Program-made: the position numbers and the translations under genes
Assembly: GCA_037444405.1 (NCBI GenBank)
Contig: JBBIML010000033.1
Span: forward strand, 1-28,907
Direction of reading: 5' to 3'
Length of the DNA: 28,907 bases
Source: Armatimonadota bacterium
GTDB lineage: Bacteria > Armatimonadota > Fimbriimonadia > Fimbriimonadales > GBS-DC
Notes under the pieces: generated by a model
What the model saw: the letters and a program-made list of their open reading frames with translations, nothing else
Told to the model about the DNA's origin: nothing
The model's database searches: none
Part shown: positions 17,958-27,623 of the stretch, piece by piece
How the letters are laid out: each line of letters begins with the position of its first letter
Position numbering within the stretch: position 1 is the first letter of the stretch

Positions 17958-20942
17958 CTACTTTATCGCCTGCAATTGTTCAATCATTCGGGCGAGGCGG
18001 TCGCGGTGGCGAAGGAGCGGGCGCGGGTCGTAGCTGAACTCAGTCAGGCTGCGCGACACATCGGGCGGAACCTGTAAGAGCGTCCGCGCCTCGTTGATTA
18101 GCCTTGCCGAGTAGGGGCGCGGTGACCGCGCCCCTACCGCCGCGTCGCAGAGCCGCTCCAGCAGAGCAAAATATTCATAATCCTCCGCACCGTCGCGTAG
18201 GCACTCCCAGCGGATGGAGGGGATGGGGTCTTCAATCGCGGGTTCGCTCGCGCGGTTGGGGTCGCGGCGCGGCGGATAGAGCAGTCGCCCGTCGCCGTTG
18301 CCCCAGAACAGGCGCGTGCCCGGCTTCAGGCTCGCATCCCACACATAGCTCATCGGGTCCCGCCACGGGTCCTGCAACCTGTCGGGATAGGCGAACTCGT
18401 TGTGCCACCATGTGGTCTGCCAGATGAGGATCCCCTGCACGCCATATTGCCATGTCTGCCAGAGCCAGACGCGCATCTCGGTGCCCGGATGGTCGATAAA
18501 GAGCGTGGCGTAGGGCGCGCGTGGACCCGTGCAGACATACCACCAGACCTCCTCGCCCGCCCGACGCCGCTCACGAATCGATTCGGGACGCACGAAGGCG
18601 GTTAGCGGGCACCACAGATCGACCGCGCCAATCAGTGCCTCTTCGGGCTGTTCCGTCAGCATGCGTGTAAGACCGGGCGCGACACGCTTGATCTTCTCAT
18701 TCACGCGCCGCACAAAGGTGTAATCGGCGGTTTCGGGTTCATCGAACCAGTAGAGATAGGCTTTTTTGAGCCAGCCACACTCGCGCAGGTGTGCCTCCAG
18801 CTGGCGCAGGTAGTCGCTCCAGAGTCGCTCATAGTCGGGCGTGCCCTCCCGAAAGCCGCCGAACTCGCCCGGCGAATAGTTCGGGTGGCGTCCGCCGGGC
18901 AAGCCGTGAATGGGCAGCACGAAGGCATTGAAGCCGAACTCGTCCAGATAGCGCCGGGCGGCGCGGTCGAAGCGCGTGAAGTCCAGCACCACGCGCCGCT
19001 CGGTGCCCTCGCCCTCGAAGCGCACCTCGTACGGGTCATAGGCATAGAAGCTGTAGGGCGCGAGCCGATGCTCCCGAAAACTGCGCATATAGCGATCCCA
19101 CAGCTCGCGCTTCTCGGCTTCAGTGCGCGGCTTGTGATACTGCGCGATGCGTCGGGCATCGATGCCGAACCCGCTGCGCAGGGTGGGCGTGCGCGGCAGG
19201 TTAAAGTCATAAACGGTCAGCTGCAGAGGGATGGTTGCTGTGCCCCTGTCGGTGATGAGGCGAAGCGCGCCCCTGTAGTCGCCCGCAGGCGTGCCGTAGG
19301 GCACATAGACGGTGAGCCAGAGCGGCTGATTGCGCTCCGCCGTCAGACGCATGGGTGTTTTGAGCGGCGGTAGGGGGTCAGGATAGTCGCCCGGCTCGCC
19401 CAGCCAGTCGGTCGGATGCTCCACACGCACATAGGCAACCTCATGCAGGGTGAGATGTTTCGCAGGGAGCCGATTCTTGCCGCGCGTGAGATCGCCGATC
19501 TCCACGCGCTGGAGGGTTGCATCCCTGCGGGGGCGCAGCACAATCTGCACCGGTTCATACTCGCCGCGCGCGGCGCTCAGGCGCACGACGCGGGCGGTCG
19601 CATCGGGCAGGGGTCGCTCGCGTCCCACCTTCCAGCCCCACTCGCACCACCAGACGCCCAGCTCGGCGGGCGTGCCCGCCAGCCGATAGCCGTAGTGCGC
19701 CGCGCCCAGAATGCTCGGCTCCAGCTCAAGCTTCACCTGCCAGAGCGGGCTACCACGCTCGCGCCGCAAGCCCAGCTCCAGCTGGATCGTTTCCAGCCGT
19801 GCTGGCGGCAGCCGAAAGCGAACGGACATGGGCTTGTTCGGTGGGAGCGTGAGCATGGCGGCGCGTTCCGTGCCGACATACGGCTCCACACGCAGGGGTT
19901 GCGTCCCTGCGTTGGTGGCAGTGCCCGTTAGCCACCACTGCCCGCTGCCATCGCGTTCCAGCCGGAGGTCAGCGACGGTCAGCAGGCGGTTCTGAACCGT
20001 GGGGAACAGCACGAGGCTTTTGCCCGTGAGCGTGGCGCGCCCCGCGCCCTCCAGCTCCGCCTCCAGCACATAGCGGTCTACCTGGATCGTGCCGCCCTCC
20101 TGCGTTAGCAGGCGAACAAACAGCACAGGCGTCGGAAACAGTTCGGTGGGCAGCTCGATTCGATGCTCGCCGCGCCCGCTGATCGCGCCCACGATGCGCC
20201 AGTTGCCGTCCTCACGCCCCGCCTGAACGCTCAGCCGACCGCTCTGCTCAAACGGCACATTCAGCCAGAGCGTCGCGCGCCGCATGGTGTACCGGGTCGC
20301 CTGATGGCGGTAGACTACCTCCTGATTCGGGCTGAACACCCAGCGGTTGGTGTTGAAGAAGGCGGTGAAGCGTTGCAGGGGCGCCTGCGCGTTGGACAGC
20401 CGCTGGTCATAGCGGGAGACGAAGCGATAGCGTCCTTCGCGCACCGTTTCGCCCTCGCCCAGCGTCGCATGCACGATCTCCACAGGCATCAGCACGATGC
20501 GGTCGAAAAGAACCTCGCCGTTCCAGTGCCACTGCCCGAAGCGCAGGAAGGTGTCGCGCGTGTCGGCGGGCGTGCGGAAGATGAACTGGCGTCGCGCCCA
20601 GTCGGCAGGCGGCATCATGTCGCGATTGACCGTGTTGGTGCCCGTGATGGCACAGACGCCGTTGCCGGTGCCCTTCAGCCAGAACTCGACGGCATAGGCG
20701 CGGTTCGGCTGAAGCTTCAGGCGCGTGTTGCGCCACCAGCTCATATCGTTGCCCGTGCCCTTCACGCCCAGCACGATGCGGTCGAGGCGGGTCAGTATCG
20801 GCGGCTGATTGGGCAGCTCGCTGGAGCGGGTCTCGATGAACACCTCGTGTTGGGTGAAGGTCTGCCCCTCGCCGGGCTGCCAGTCGGCGGGCGGAGGTGG
20901 CTGAACCTGAGCGATAGACCATATCAGCGGCAACAGCATCAT
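17958..20942 (-). CDS. Exported DUF4091-domain / GH123-like glycoside hydrolase with N-terminal CBM-like region
   Basis: ARGEYEPVQIV, YLYWFDEP, WWYVCTGP, GDGRLLYP, SIRWECLRDGAEDYEY. Signal-peptide-like N-terminus and GGAGGG RBS. Confidence 0.82.
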   Translation of the reverse strand: MMLLPLIWSIAQVQPPPPADWQPGEGQTFTQHEVFIETRSSELPNQPPILTRLDRIVLGVKGTGNDMSWWRNTRLKLQPNRAYAVEFWLKGTGNGVCAITGTNTVNRDMMPPADWARRQFIFRTPADTRDTFLRFGQWHWNGEVLFDRIVLMPVEIVHATLGEGETVREGRYRFVSRYDQRLSNAQAPLQRFTAFFNTNRWVFSPNQEVVYRHQATRYTMRRATLWLNVPFEQSGRLSVQAGREDGNWRIVGAISGRGEHRIELPTELFPTPVLFVRLLTQEGGTIQVDRYVLEAELEGAGRATLTGKSLVLFPTVQNRLLTVADLRLERDGSGQWWLTGTATNAGTQPLRVEPYVGTERAAMLTLPPNKPMSVRFRLPPARLETIQLELGLRRERGSPLWQVKLELEPSILGAAHYGYRLAGTPAELGVWWCEWGWKVGRERPLPDATARVVRLSAARGEYEPVQIVLRPRRDATLQRVEIGDLTRGKNRLPAKHLTLHEVAYVRVEHPTDWLGEPGDYPDPLPPLKTPMRLTAERNQPLWLTVYVPYGTPAGDYRGALRLITDRGTATIPLQLTVYDFNLPRTPTLRSGFGIDARRIAQYHKPRTEAEKRELWDRYMRSFREHRLAPYSFYAYDPYEVRFEGEGTERRVVLDFTRFDRAARRYLDEFGFNAFVLPIHGLPGGRHPNYSPGEFGGFREGTPDYERLWSDYLRQLEAHLRECGWLKKAYLYWFDEPETADYTFVRRVNEKIKRVAPGLTRMLTEQPEEALIGAVDLWCPLTAFVRPESIRERRRAGEEVWWYVCTGPRAPYATLFIDHPGTEMRVWLWQTWQYGVQGILIWQTTWWHNEFAYPDRLQDPWRDPMSYVWDASLKPGTRLFWGNGDGRLLYPPRRDPNRASEPAIEDPIPSIRWECLRDGAEDYEYFALLERLCDAAVGARSPRPYSARLINEARTLLQVPPDVSRSLTEFSYDPRPLLRHRDRLARMIEQLQAIK
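18111..18137. repeat. Perfect 27-bp GTAG-type REP-like palindrome inside the CDS
   Basis: GTAGGGGCGCGG-TGA-CCGCGCCCCTAC, read in frame as VGARSPRPY. Confidence 0.8.
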
Positions 20943-20972
20943 CGGGATTGCCCTCCAGCATAGCCAAGCCGT

Positions 20973-22133
20973 TCAGCGCAGCAGGTTCGGGTCGGTCTGG
21001 TGCTGTTCGCGGAGGCGGGTTTTGGGACGGGAGGCGGCTTTGAGTTCCGTTAGCAGGGCATCATACGCATCGCGGTCAACAGGAATCTCAACCGGGGTGC
21101 CGCGCTTACCTGATAAGATTATCGCGTTAATCAGCTCCACCACGGGCAACCCTCCCTCACCGGGCGCAATCAGCGGTTCATCGTACAGAATGCTGCGAGC
21201 GAAGTTCTGAATGATTGCCGGGTGGTCGCGCAGGGCGTTTTCGGGCAGAGGCTCCAGTGGCACTTCCACCCGCTCGGCGCGAATGGCGCCCCACATCTCG
21301 TCCGTTTCGAAAGTGAACTCGCGGATGGAGCGCTCAAACTGCCAGAATTCGAGTTTGCCGTTATAGAGGCAGAGCTTGCCGCGGTCGCCGCAGATTTCGA
21401 TGGCGTTTTCGTCGGGCACTTCGTTCGTAGTGGCATAGAGGTAGCCGTGTGCGCCGTTGGGGTACTCCAGCAGGGCGAACGCCTCGTCTTCGGTTTCGAT
21501 CTCGTGCAGGCGGGTGCGCACCTGTGCCTGCACCCGCTTCGGCAGCCCGCCCAGCCACTGGAACAGGTCTAAATAGTGCGGCGCCTGATTGATCAGCACG
21601 CCACCACCTTCGCCCGCCCAAGTGGCTCGCCAGCCGCCTGAATCGTAATAGGCTTGCGTGCGATACCAGGCAGTGATGAGCAGGGTGCGGCGCACTTCGC
21701 TGATCGCGCCCTGTTCGATCAGGCGGCGGGCGGCGCGGTGTTCGGGGCGCGTGCGCAATTGATACATGATGCCGAACCTGCGCCCCGATCGACGCGCGGC
21801 GGCGATCATGCGGTCGGCATCGCTCACGCTGACGCAGAGCGGCTTCTCGGTCAGCACATGCAGTCCGTGCTGGAAGGCGGCAATCGCCAGGGGCGCATGG
21901 TGGTAGTGGGGCGTGGCGATCAGCACGGCGTCGACCAGCCCGCTCTGGAAGAGGGCTTCCGGTTCGGTGAAAGCGGGCACCCCATACTGCTCGCCGAACG
22001 CCTTCGCGCGGTCGGCGCTGGTGTCGCAGACGGCGCCCAGCTCGGCTTCAGGCACCAGATCGCGCACATAATGGCAGTACCCGGCACCCATTGCGCCCAG
22101 CCCCACGATGCCGAACCGCACGCGCTCTGCCAT
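20973..22133 (-). CDS. Gfo/Idh/MocA family oxidoreductase
   Basis: GIVGLGAMG, IATPHYHH, HVLTEKP, GGGVLINQAPHYLD. Confidence 0.93.
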   Translation of the reverse strand: MAERVRFGIVGLGAMGAGYCHYVRDLVPEAELGAVCDTSADRAKAFGEQYGVPAFTEPEALFQSGLVDAVLIATPHYHHAPLAIAAFQHGLHVLTEKPLCVSVSDADRMIAAARRSGRRFGIMYQLRTRPEHRAARRLIEQGAISEVRRTLLITAWYRTQAYYDSGGWRATWAGEGGGVLINQAPHYLDLFQWLGGLPKRVQAQVRTRLHEIETEDEAFALLEYPNGAHGYLYATTNEVPDENAIEICGDRGKLCLYNGKLEFWQFERSIREFTFETDEMWGAIRAERVEVPLEPLPENALRDHPAIIQNFARSILYDEPLIAPGEGGLPVVELINAIILSGKRGTPVEIPVDRDAYDALLTELKAASRPKTRLREQHQTDPNLLR

Positions 22134-22146
22134 ACCCCTTTAGCCC

Positions 22147-22497
22147 TTACTTGAAGTAGACGATTTGACGCAGAGCCATCTCGTTGGTGGGATCGCGGCG
22201 CAGCACCTCCTCCAGCTCGCGCTTGGCTTCCGGCTCATAGCCGAGCATGGCGTAGGTCAGCGCGAGATCCAGCCGTGCCTGCACACTCTCTGGATTCAAT
22301 CGCACCGATGTCTCCAGCTCCTGAATCGATTCGTCGAACAGCCCGGTGAAGCAGTAGACCAGCCCCAGCTGGTGATGCGCTTCGGCGTGATTGGGGTTCA
22401 GCCCCAGCGCCTGCTTCAGCAGCTGTTCCGCTTCCTCATACCGCCCTTCCTGTTTAAGGGCGGTCGCCTGTTGTACCAGCACATTCGGGTCGCCCAT
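22147..22497 (-). CDS. Small TPR protein
   Basis: Three TPRs (AEAHHQLGLVY, ARLDLALTY). AGGAGG RBS. Confidence 0.88.
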   Translation of the reverse strand: MGDPNVLVQQATALKQEGRYEEAEQLLKQALGLNPNHAEAHHQLGLVYCFTGLFDESIQELETSVRLNPESVQARLDLALTYAMLGYEPEAKRELEEVLRRDPTNEMALRQIVYFK

Positions 22498-22587
22498 CGC
22501 TCGTGCTTCCTCCTATGACCGATGATTCACTATCAGAGCATCTCTGCATGCACGAGCTTCCGCGAAGCCCAACGATAACCGCCCCTT

Positions 22588-22596
22588 ATTATAGCA
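22588..22596 (-). promoter_or_regulatory. Extended -10 promoter TGcTATAAT for the TPR-oxidoreductase-GH operon
   Basis: Perfect TGnTATAAT about 90 nt upstream of ATG 22497. Confidence 0.6.
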
Positions 22597-22679
22597 CATC
22601 GACGCCCTGTGCATGGGAGCTTGCGATTCGACAGGCAGTGGTTCGATCCCTGCCGTTCAGGGTGGCAGGGACCGCCTGC

Positions 22680-22980
22680 CCAGACGGTGGGGAAATGGTC
22701 GCCCTGCAGGATTTCGACGGGTGCAACATGGATATGCGCTTCGCACACATCCCGTAGAACGCGCGGTCGGCTTGCCAGGTGTTCACCACCTGCACGACCA
22801 CCCAGCCACGCTCATCGCGATACAGCTCCCGATTGAGCAGCGGGGTTCCTGCCGCACGCCCTTCGATCAGCGTGTAGCAGCGTTCCATGCAAATAGCGCA
22901 CCTTGTCCGCGCTCAACAGCGGTCGCGCGGGCAGAAAGCCGTTCTCCCGAAAGAATCGCACCTCCGTTTTCCGTTATCAT
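22680..22980 (-). pseudogene. Phytanoyl-CoA dioxygenase (PhyH)-like pseudogene with frameshifts and a large internal deletion
   Basis: AGGAGG then ATG 22980. Stitched frames: MITEN / EVRFFRENGFLPARPLLSADKVRYL / MERCYTLIEG...VVVQVVNTWQADRAFY / HIHVAPVEILQGDHFPTVW. Confidence 0.6.
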
Positions 22981-23096
22981 CCGAGCCTCCTTCTGCTTTT
23001 CAATACACCATCCTCATCCCTTCTCCTGCTGCAACGGGTATCATTCGCCCACTTCGAGCGGATATTCAGCACTGGTATACTGAGGCGGAATAAAAG

Positions 23097-25856
23097 ATGT
23101 GGAGCGCGCAGGCGTTGCCGAAGGGCTGGACACAGCAGGAGTTTGAGTGGCTGCAGGCGCTGGGTCAGGCATCAACGGTTGCCGAGCAGCAGAAACTCCT
23201 GCAACAGCGGCGGGAGTGGCTGGAGCCGAAATGGGTGGAGCGGTTGCAGGCGACTCTCCGCACAAACGCTCCCGCAGAAGCGCAGGCGTGGCTGCCCGCC
23301 GCGCACGGGCTGCGCATCGTTGCCGACAGCCTGCGCCACGACCGCTTGAAAGGCGCTACGCGCCTGCAGCTCGCCATCCTCTATCTGACCCTGTATGAGC
23401 TTGATTCTGCCTGGCGCTGGGCGCAGGAGAGTCACATGCTGTTTCGCAAAGCGAACCATGTGGAGGGGATGGCGCAGAGCCTGCACCTGCAAGCCGATAT
23501 TCTGGTAGAGCGTGGCGAGCTTCAGCAAGCCATCCGTCAGATGCGGCAGGCACTGCCCCTCTATCAGCGCCTGCGCAACCCGGAACAGCAGGCGCATGGC
23601 GAGCTGGGGATGGGTCGCCTGTATGCGATGGCGGGCGAGCCAGAGCGGGCGCTCCACCATCTGCAGCGAGCGCAACAACTCGCCCATCAGGCAAAGGCGC
23701 ATAACCTGCAGGCTGTGATCGAACTGACACAGGGCATCGTTCTGCGGGCGTTAGGGCGGTTCGATGAGGCGCTCCAGATGCATCAGCAGGCGTTAGAGCT
23801 GTTTCGGCAGCTGAACCGCCCCGTGAATGTGGCACGGCAAATCGCCAACATCGGGCTGGTCTACTGGTCGATGGGTCTCGTGCAGGAGGCGCGCTGGCAC
23901 TATCAGCAGGCGATGCCACTTTTTAAGGAGCTGAACCTCCAGCAGGATGTGGCTATCTGCCTGATGAACACCGCCCTGCTTTTGCAAGCTGAGGGTGAGC
24001 TGGATCGCGCGCTGGAGACCTGCCAGCAGGCGCTGCAGTTGAGTGAGTCGCTCCATGATGCGGTCGGCATCGCCTTTTGCCAGGGCACGCTTGCCGACAT
24101 TCTGAACGCGAAGGGCGATTATGAGCGGGCGCTGGTTTATGCCGAGCGCGCTGTTCAGGATGCCCGGCGCAGCGGACTGAAGAATGTCTATCAGAGCGCC
24201 CAGTTGCGGCGTGCCGCCTGCCTGCACGAGTTAAAACGCTATGCTGAGGCAGAGCGCATTCTCACCGAGCTGGTGAAACAGCTGGATCCCGTCACGGATC
24301 GCCCTGCGCTGATTGAGGCGCTCTTTCTGCTGGGTGAGGGCGCACGGCGGCGTGGGGATTGGGCACGCGCCCGCCGATACTACGAGCGCTGCCTTCAGGC
24401 GATGGAGCGCCTGCACGGGCTTCAGGCGTTGCCACCTGAAGATTGGAGCCGTGCCTTCCAGCAGTTTCAACGCACCATTTCATGGATTGCCTGCGCGTAT
24501 GCGGGTGCGAACCTGCCCGAGCGTGCCTTCGAAATCTGTCAGCGGGGCAAGGGCATCGGGCTGCGCCTGGCGATAGAGAGCCGTCGTGCGCCGATAGGGC
24601 TGTCCCGCTCCGATTCGGCGCGTTTCGCCCGCCTGCGCCAGCGCTGGGAGCGTGCCGAACAGCAGCTAACGGCTGCCCGCACGCTCAGCGAGCGGCAGCG
24701 TGCCCAGCGCGACTATGAGCGCGCGCTCAGCGACTGGAGCCGCGCCCGCATGGAACTCGCGCGGCGCAATCCGCGCTACCAGCTCGTGTTTCAGCAGCCC
24801 GTTCACCTGCAGGAGCTGCCCCTCACGCCCGACACCGCGCTGATCGAATACGCGCTCACGCCGAAAGGCGTGGCCATCCTGATTGTTCGCCGTGAAGGCA
24901 TGCGCAATCGGGTGCGGGCAACCCTGGTGGCGGTCGCCGAATCGCAGCTGCGTTCGGTCATCGGCAGCCTCTATCGCTGGATGGGGCAAGCGGGTGACCT
25001 GCGCTCGATTCACGAAGCGGCACACCAGCTCTATCGCTGGCTGGTACAGCCCGTGGCGAGCCAGTTGCGCGGGGTGCGGCGCGTGATTGTCTGCCCGGAT
25101 GGGATTCTGCATCGGGTGCCATGGACGCTACTGCGCACTCCAGAGGGGCGTTACTGGACGGAGCGGGTGGCGCTCGTGCAGGTGGCGTCGGCGTCGGTGT
25201 GGGCAAGCGTGCAACGGCTGCGCCGTCCGCCAGCAACGGCGCGCCCGCTGATGGTCGCGCTCTCCCAGTTTCCCGCTGTGTCGGGAGGCAGCCCTGGTCG
25301 CGCGCGGCTCGCACCGCTGCCTGGCATCCGACAGGAGCGACTCACACTGAGCCATCTGCTGGGGCGCTCCCTGCAAGTGCTGGGCGAATCGGAGGCGAGC
25401 CGTGCGCGCGTGTTATCCGCGCTACCACGCGCCTCGCAGATTCACTTCGCGACGCATGCGGTGTCGAACCCTCAGCTGCCACTGTTGAGTGCGCTGGCGC
25501 TGTACGGCAGGGCGACTCCTGAGTGGCTTTATGCCTATGAGGTGCTGAACCTGCCGTTGCGGGCGCGGCTGGTGTTGCTATCGGCGTGCAGCACGGCGGG
25601 CGACACCCTCACGGGCGATGGGCTGATGGGGCTGGCGTGGGCGTTTCTGGCAGCAGGCTGCCCCAGCGTGGTCGCAACACTCTGGAAGCTGCCCGACGAG
25701 GGCGTGCCCATGTGGACGGAAGCCTTCTATCGCGCTCTGCAGGCGGGTCAATCCGTTGCGGAAGCCGTGCGTCAGGCGAATCTGCACCTGCTCAAAAGCC
25801 CGCGCTTCTCGCACCCGCGCTACTGGGCGGGCTGGATATTGTTCGGCAAAGATTGA
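23097..25856 (+). CDS. TPR + CHAT (caspase-like) domain protein
   Basis: Long TPR array, then ALIEYAL, IVCPDGILHRVPW, IHFATHA (His), LVLLSACST (Cys), GLAWAFLAAG, SVVATLW, HPRYWAGWILFG. TGGTATACT extended -10 upstream. Confidence 0.93.
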   Translation: MWSAQALPKGWTQQEFEWLQALGQASTVAEQQKLLQQRREWLEPKWVERLQATLRTNAPAEAQAWLPAAHGLRIVADSLRHDRLKGATRLQLAILYLTLYELDSAWRWAQESHMLFRKANHVEGMAQSLHLQADILVERGELQQAIRQMRQALPLYQRLRNPEQQAHGELGMGRLYAMAGEPERALHHLQRAQQLAHQAKAHNLQAVIELTQGIVLRALGRFDEALQMHQQALELFRQLNRPVNVARQIANIGLVYWSMGLVQEARWHYQQAMPLFKELNLQQDVAICLMNTALLLQAEGELDRALETCQQALQLSESLHDAVGIAFCQGTLADILNAKGDYERALVYAERAVQDARRSGLKNVYQSAQLRRAACLHELKRYAEAERILTELVKQLDPVTDRPALIEALFLLGEGARRRGDWARARRYYERCLQAMERLHGLQALPPEDWSRAFQQFQRTISWIACAYAGANLPERAFEICQRGKGIGLRLAIESRRAPIGLSRSDSARFARLRQRWERAEQQLTAARTLSERQRAQRDYERALSDWSRARMELARRNPRYQLVFQQPVHLQELPLTPDTALIEYALTPKGVAILIVRREGMRNRVRATLVAVAESQLRSVIGSLYRWMGQAGDLRSIHEAAHQLYRWLVQPVASQLRGVRRVIVCPDGILHRVPWTLLRTPEGRYWTERVALVQVASASVWASVQRLRRPPATARPLMVALSQFPAVSGGSPGRARLAPLPGIRQERLTLSHLLGRSLQVLGESEASRARVLSALPRASQIHFATHAVSNPQLPLLSALALYGRATPEWLYAYEVLNLPLRARLVLLSACSTAGDTLTGDGLMGLAWAFLAAGCPSVVATLWKLPDEGVPMWTEAFYRALQAGQSVAEAVRQANLHLLKSPRFSHPRYWAGWILFGKD

Positions 25857-26797
25857 GTCAGCGCCGCACGCCAGCGCTGAACCAGCGGGTCATTCGGGCG
25901 GTTCGGCAACGCCTGCAACGCCTCACGATAGCGACCCAGCCGATAGAACAGCATCGTGCAGGTGTAGGGCGCACGCTGGCGATGCTGGCGCGCCCAGTTC
26001 AGCTGTTCTCGCTCCTGTGCGGTGAGCATCCGAAAGCGAAAATGCTGGCGCGGCTCGCTGCCAGGCAGTGCATCGGGCGATAGCACGGTGATGGTCAGCT
26101 GATAGGTAGCGCCCGCTTGTAATTGCTTGCCCGGTGGCAGGGTTGCCCGTGTGCCGTTGATCCGCAGGCTTATCGTATCGCCGTCGGGTTCAGCGATCAG
26201 CGTGGCGCGATAGCCGCTGGCGTCGGGCACGGACGCCCACTCGAACACGGGGCGCGGGTCGGTCAGCCCTTCATCGACAGGTTGGAGCAGGCGCACCAGA
26301 GGCGCACTCGCCGATTCGGAGCGGGTGACGGAGGGCGGGTTCGGAAACTGGAGCGCCGCTTTCGCCGCCCAGTCGGGCAGGCGGAGCGCACCCTCGTACA
26401 CCGCGCCGCGCTCCACTCGCACCGCCACCTGCCACGCGGGATAGCTCCGTCCCACCAGTAGCCAGAGCAAGATGATAGCCCCAACCGCAGCAGCCGTTGC
26501 AGGCGCCAGCCACCAGAAGAGGCGACGCAAGCGTCCAGCACCCTCCGATAGACCCCGAATCACCTGCTCGGTGGCGAGCATCTCCCTGTAGGCGGCGCGA
26601 CACATCGGGCACTCCACGATGTGATTTATCCGCTCGCGGTAGCCCCGACAGCGGCGACCCCGCTCCACCAGTTCGATCAACTGCTCCGCAGATCGGAAGA
26701 GCATCTGCACCACCGTTCGTTGCCCCGATGCCTGAATTGAAACAGGACATGTCATGATACCTGATATCCTCCCTGTGCGCTCAGGGCATGCCTCCAT
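25820..26797 (-). CDS. Membrane-anchored zinc-binding (ZAS) anti-sigma factor with extracytoplasmic Ig/FN3-like domain
   Basis: HIVECPMC matches HxxxCxxC. TM segment WWLAPATAAAVGAIILLWLLV, then PRPVFEWASVPDASGY. Start is ATG 26797 (TGATG-coupled to the sigma gene) or ATG 26756. Confidence 0.78.
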   Translation of the reverse strand: MEACPERTGRISGIMTCPVSIQASGQRTVVQMLFRSAEQLIELVERGRRCRGYRERINHIVECPMCRAAYREMLATEQVIRGLSEGAGRLRRLFWWLAPATAAAVGAIILLWLLVGRSYPAWQVAVRVERGAVYEGALRLPDWAAKAALQFPNPPSVTRSESASAPLVRLLQPVDEGLTDPRPVFEWASVPDASGYRATLIAEPDGDTISLRINGTRATLPPGKQLQAGATYQLTITVLSPDALPGSEPRQHFRFRMLTAQEREQLNWARQHRQRAPYTCTMLFYRLGRYREALQALPNRPNDPLVQRWRAALTQSLPNNIQPAQ

Positions 26798-27531
26798 CAC
26801 CAGTTGATGAACCGCGCGATTTTGAGGCAGGCGCGGCGCAGCAATAGCTGGTTGCGTCCCGGATGGGCTAAGGCATGCCGTTCGGCAGGGGTCAGCTGTT
26901 CGGACGGCTTGCCACGCATCTCCAGCTGTTGCACCGCCTCCCAGATACGCTCCATCCCGCCCACCAGCGCCGGCTGGTGCTGCACCACATAAGCCAGCAC
27001 CTTCGCCCGCGCCCGCATCAGATGCGTGCGCACCGTGTTGATGTTCAAATGTAGCATCGCGGCTATCGATTCGGTCGTCTCGTCCTGTGCATACAGCAGG
27101 ATAACCTGCCGCTCGGTCTCGGAGCAGACTTTGCCGATAACGACTCGAAGCTGCTGCGCCATCTGCTCCGTCCCTATCTGTTCGACAAGACTCGATTCGG
27201 GTGATTCCTGTTGCAAGAATCGGGGGGCTGGCTCCGACTCGAAGGTGCTGAGCGGGATGTCGGTACCGGCAACGCGCTGATAGAAGGTGCGCAGGCAGTT
27301 CGCCGCGATGTGCATCAGCCACGGTTCGAAAGGCGTGTCGGGTTTGAGCCGGGGCAGGAAGCGGGCGACGCGCAACAGCGTCTCCTGCAGGATGTCCTCA
27401 CTGTCCTGCTCCGACCTGGCACGCTTTCGAATGTAGCGCCATAGTAGGGGACGATACCGCTCCAGCAGCTGTTCCAGTGCCGTCTCGTCGCCCTCGCGCG
27501 CCGCCTGCAACAGCACCTCAATCTCTGCCAT
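26797..27531 (-). CDS. ECF sigma factor with C-terminal extension
   Basis: AAREGDETALEQLLERY, DSEDILQETLL, FEPWLMHIAAN, IAAMLHLNINTVRTHLMRAR, followed by about 60 extra residues. Confidence 0.92.
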   Translation of the reverse strand: MAEIEVLLQAAREGDETALEQLLERYRPLLWRYIRKRARSEQDSEDILQETLLRVARFLPRLKPDTPFEPWLMHIAANCLRTFYQRVAGTDIPLSTFESEPAPRFLQQESPESSLVEQIGTEQMAQQLRVVIGKVCSETERQVILLYAQDETTESIAAMLHLNINTVRTHLMRARAKVLAYVVQHQPALVGGMERIWEAVQQLEMRGKPSEQLTPAERHALAHPGRNQLLLRRACLKIARFINW

Positions 27532-27558
27532 TCCAGCCCGATGAGATTATTATACTCG

Positions 27559-27596
27559 AAAAGCGAAGGCGCCCCGCTGTTTCCGCAAGGCGCCTC
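27559..27596 (-). terminator. Candidate intrinsic terminator after the PEP-CTERM gene
   Basis: Minus strand GAGGCGCCTTGC-GGAAACA-GCGGGGCGCCTT forms a 12-bp stem with G-U pairs, followed by CGCTTTT. Confidence 0.5.
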
Positions 27597-27623
27597 GGAC
27601 AGGGACAACAGAAGGCGAAAGGT

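Noticed and set aside
22615..22680. tRNA/tmRNA-like GGTTCGATCCC and GATTCGACAGG strings
   Set aside because: No cloverleaf, acceptor stem or CCA could be built; the region is better explained as a pseudogene tail and promoter.
26798..27322. N-terminal part of the 500-aa ORF 25820-27322
   Set aside because: Overlaps the sigma gene in another frame; the real anti-sigma start is at or after 26797.
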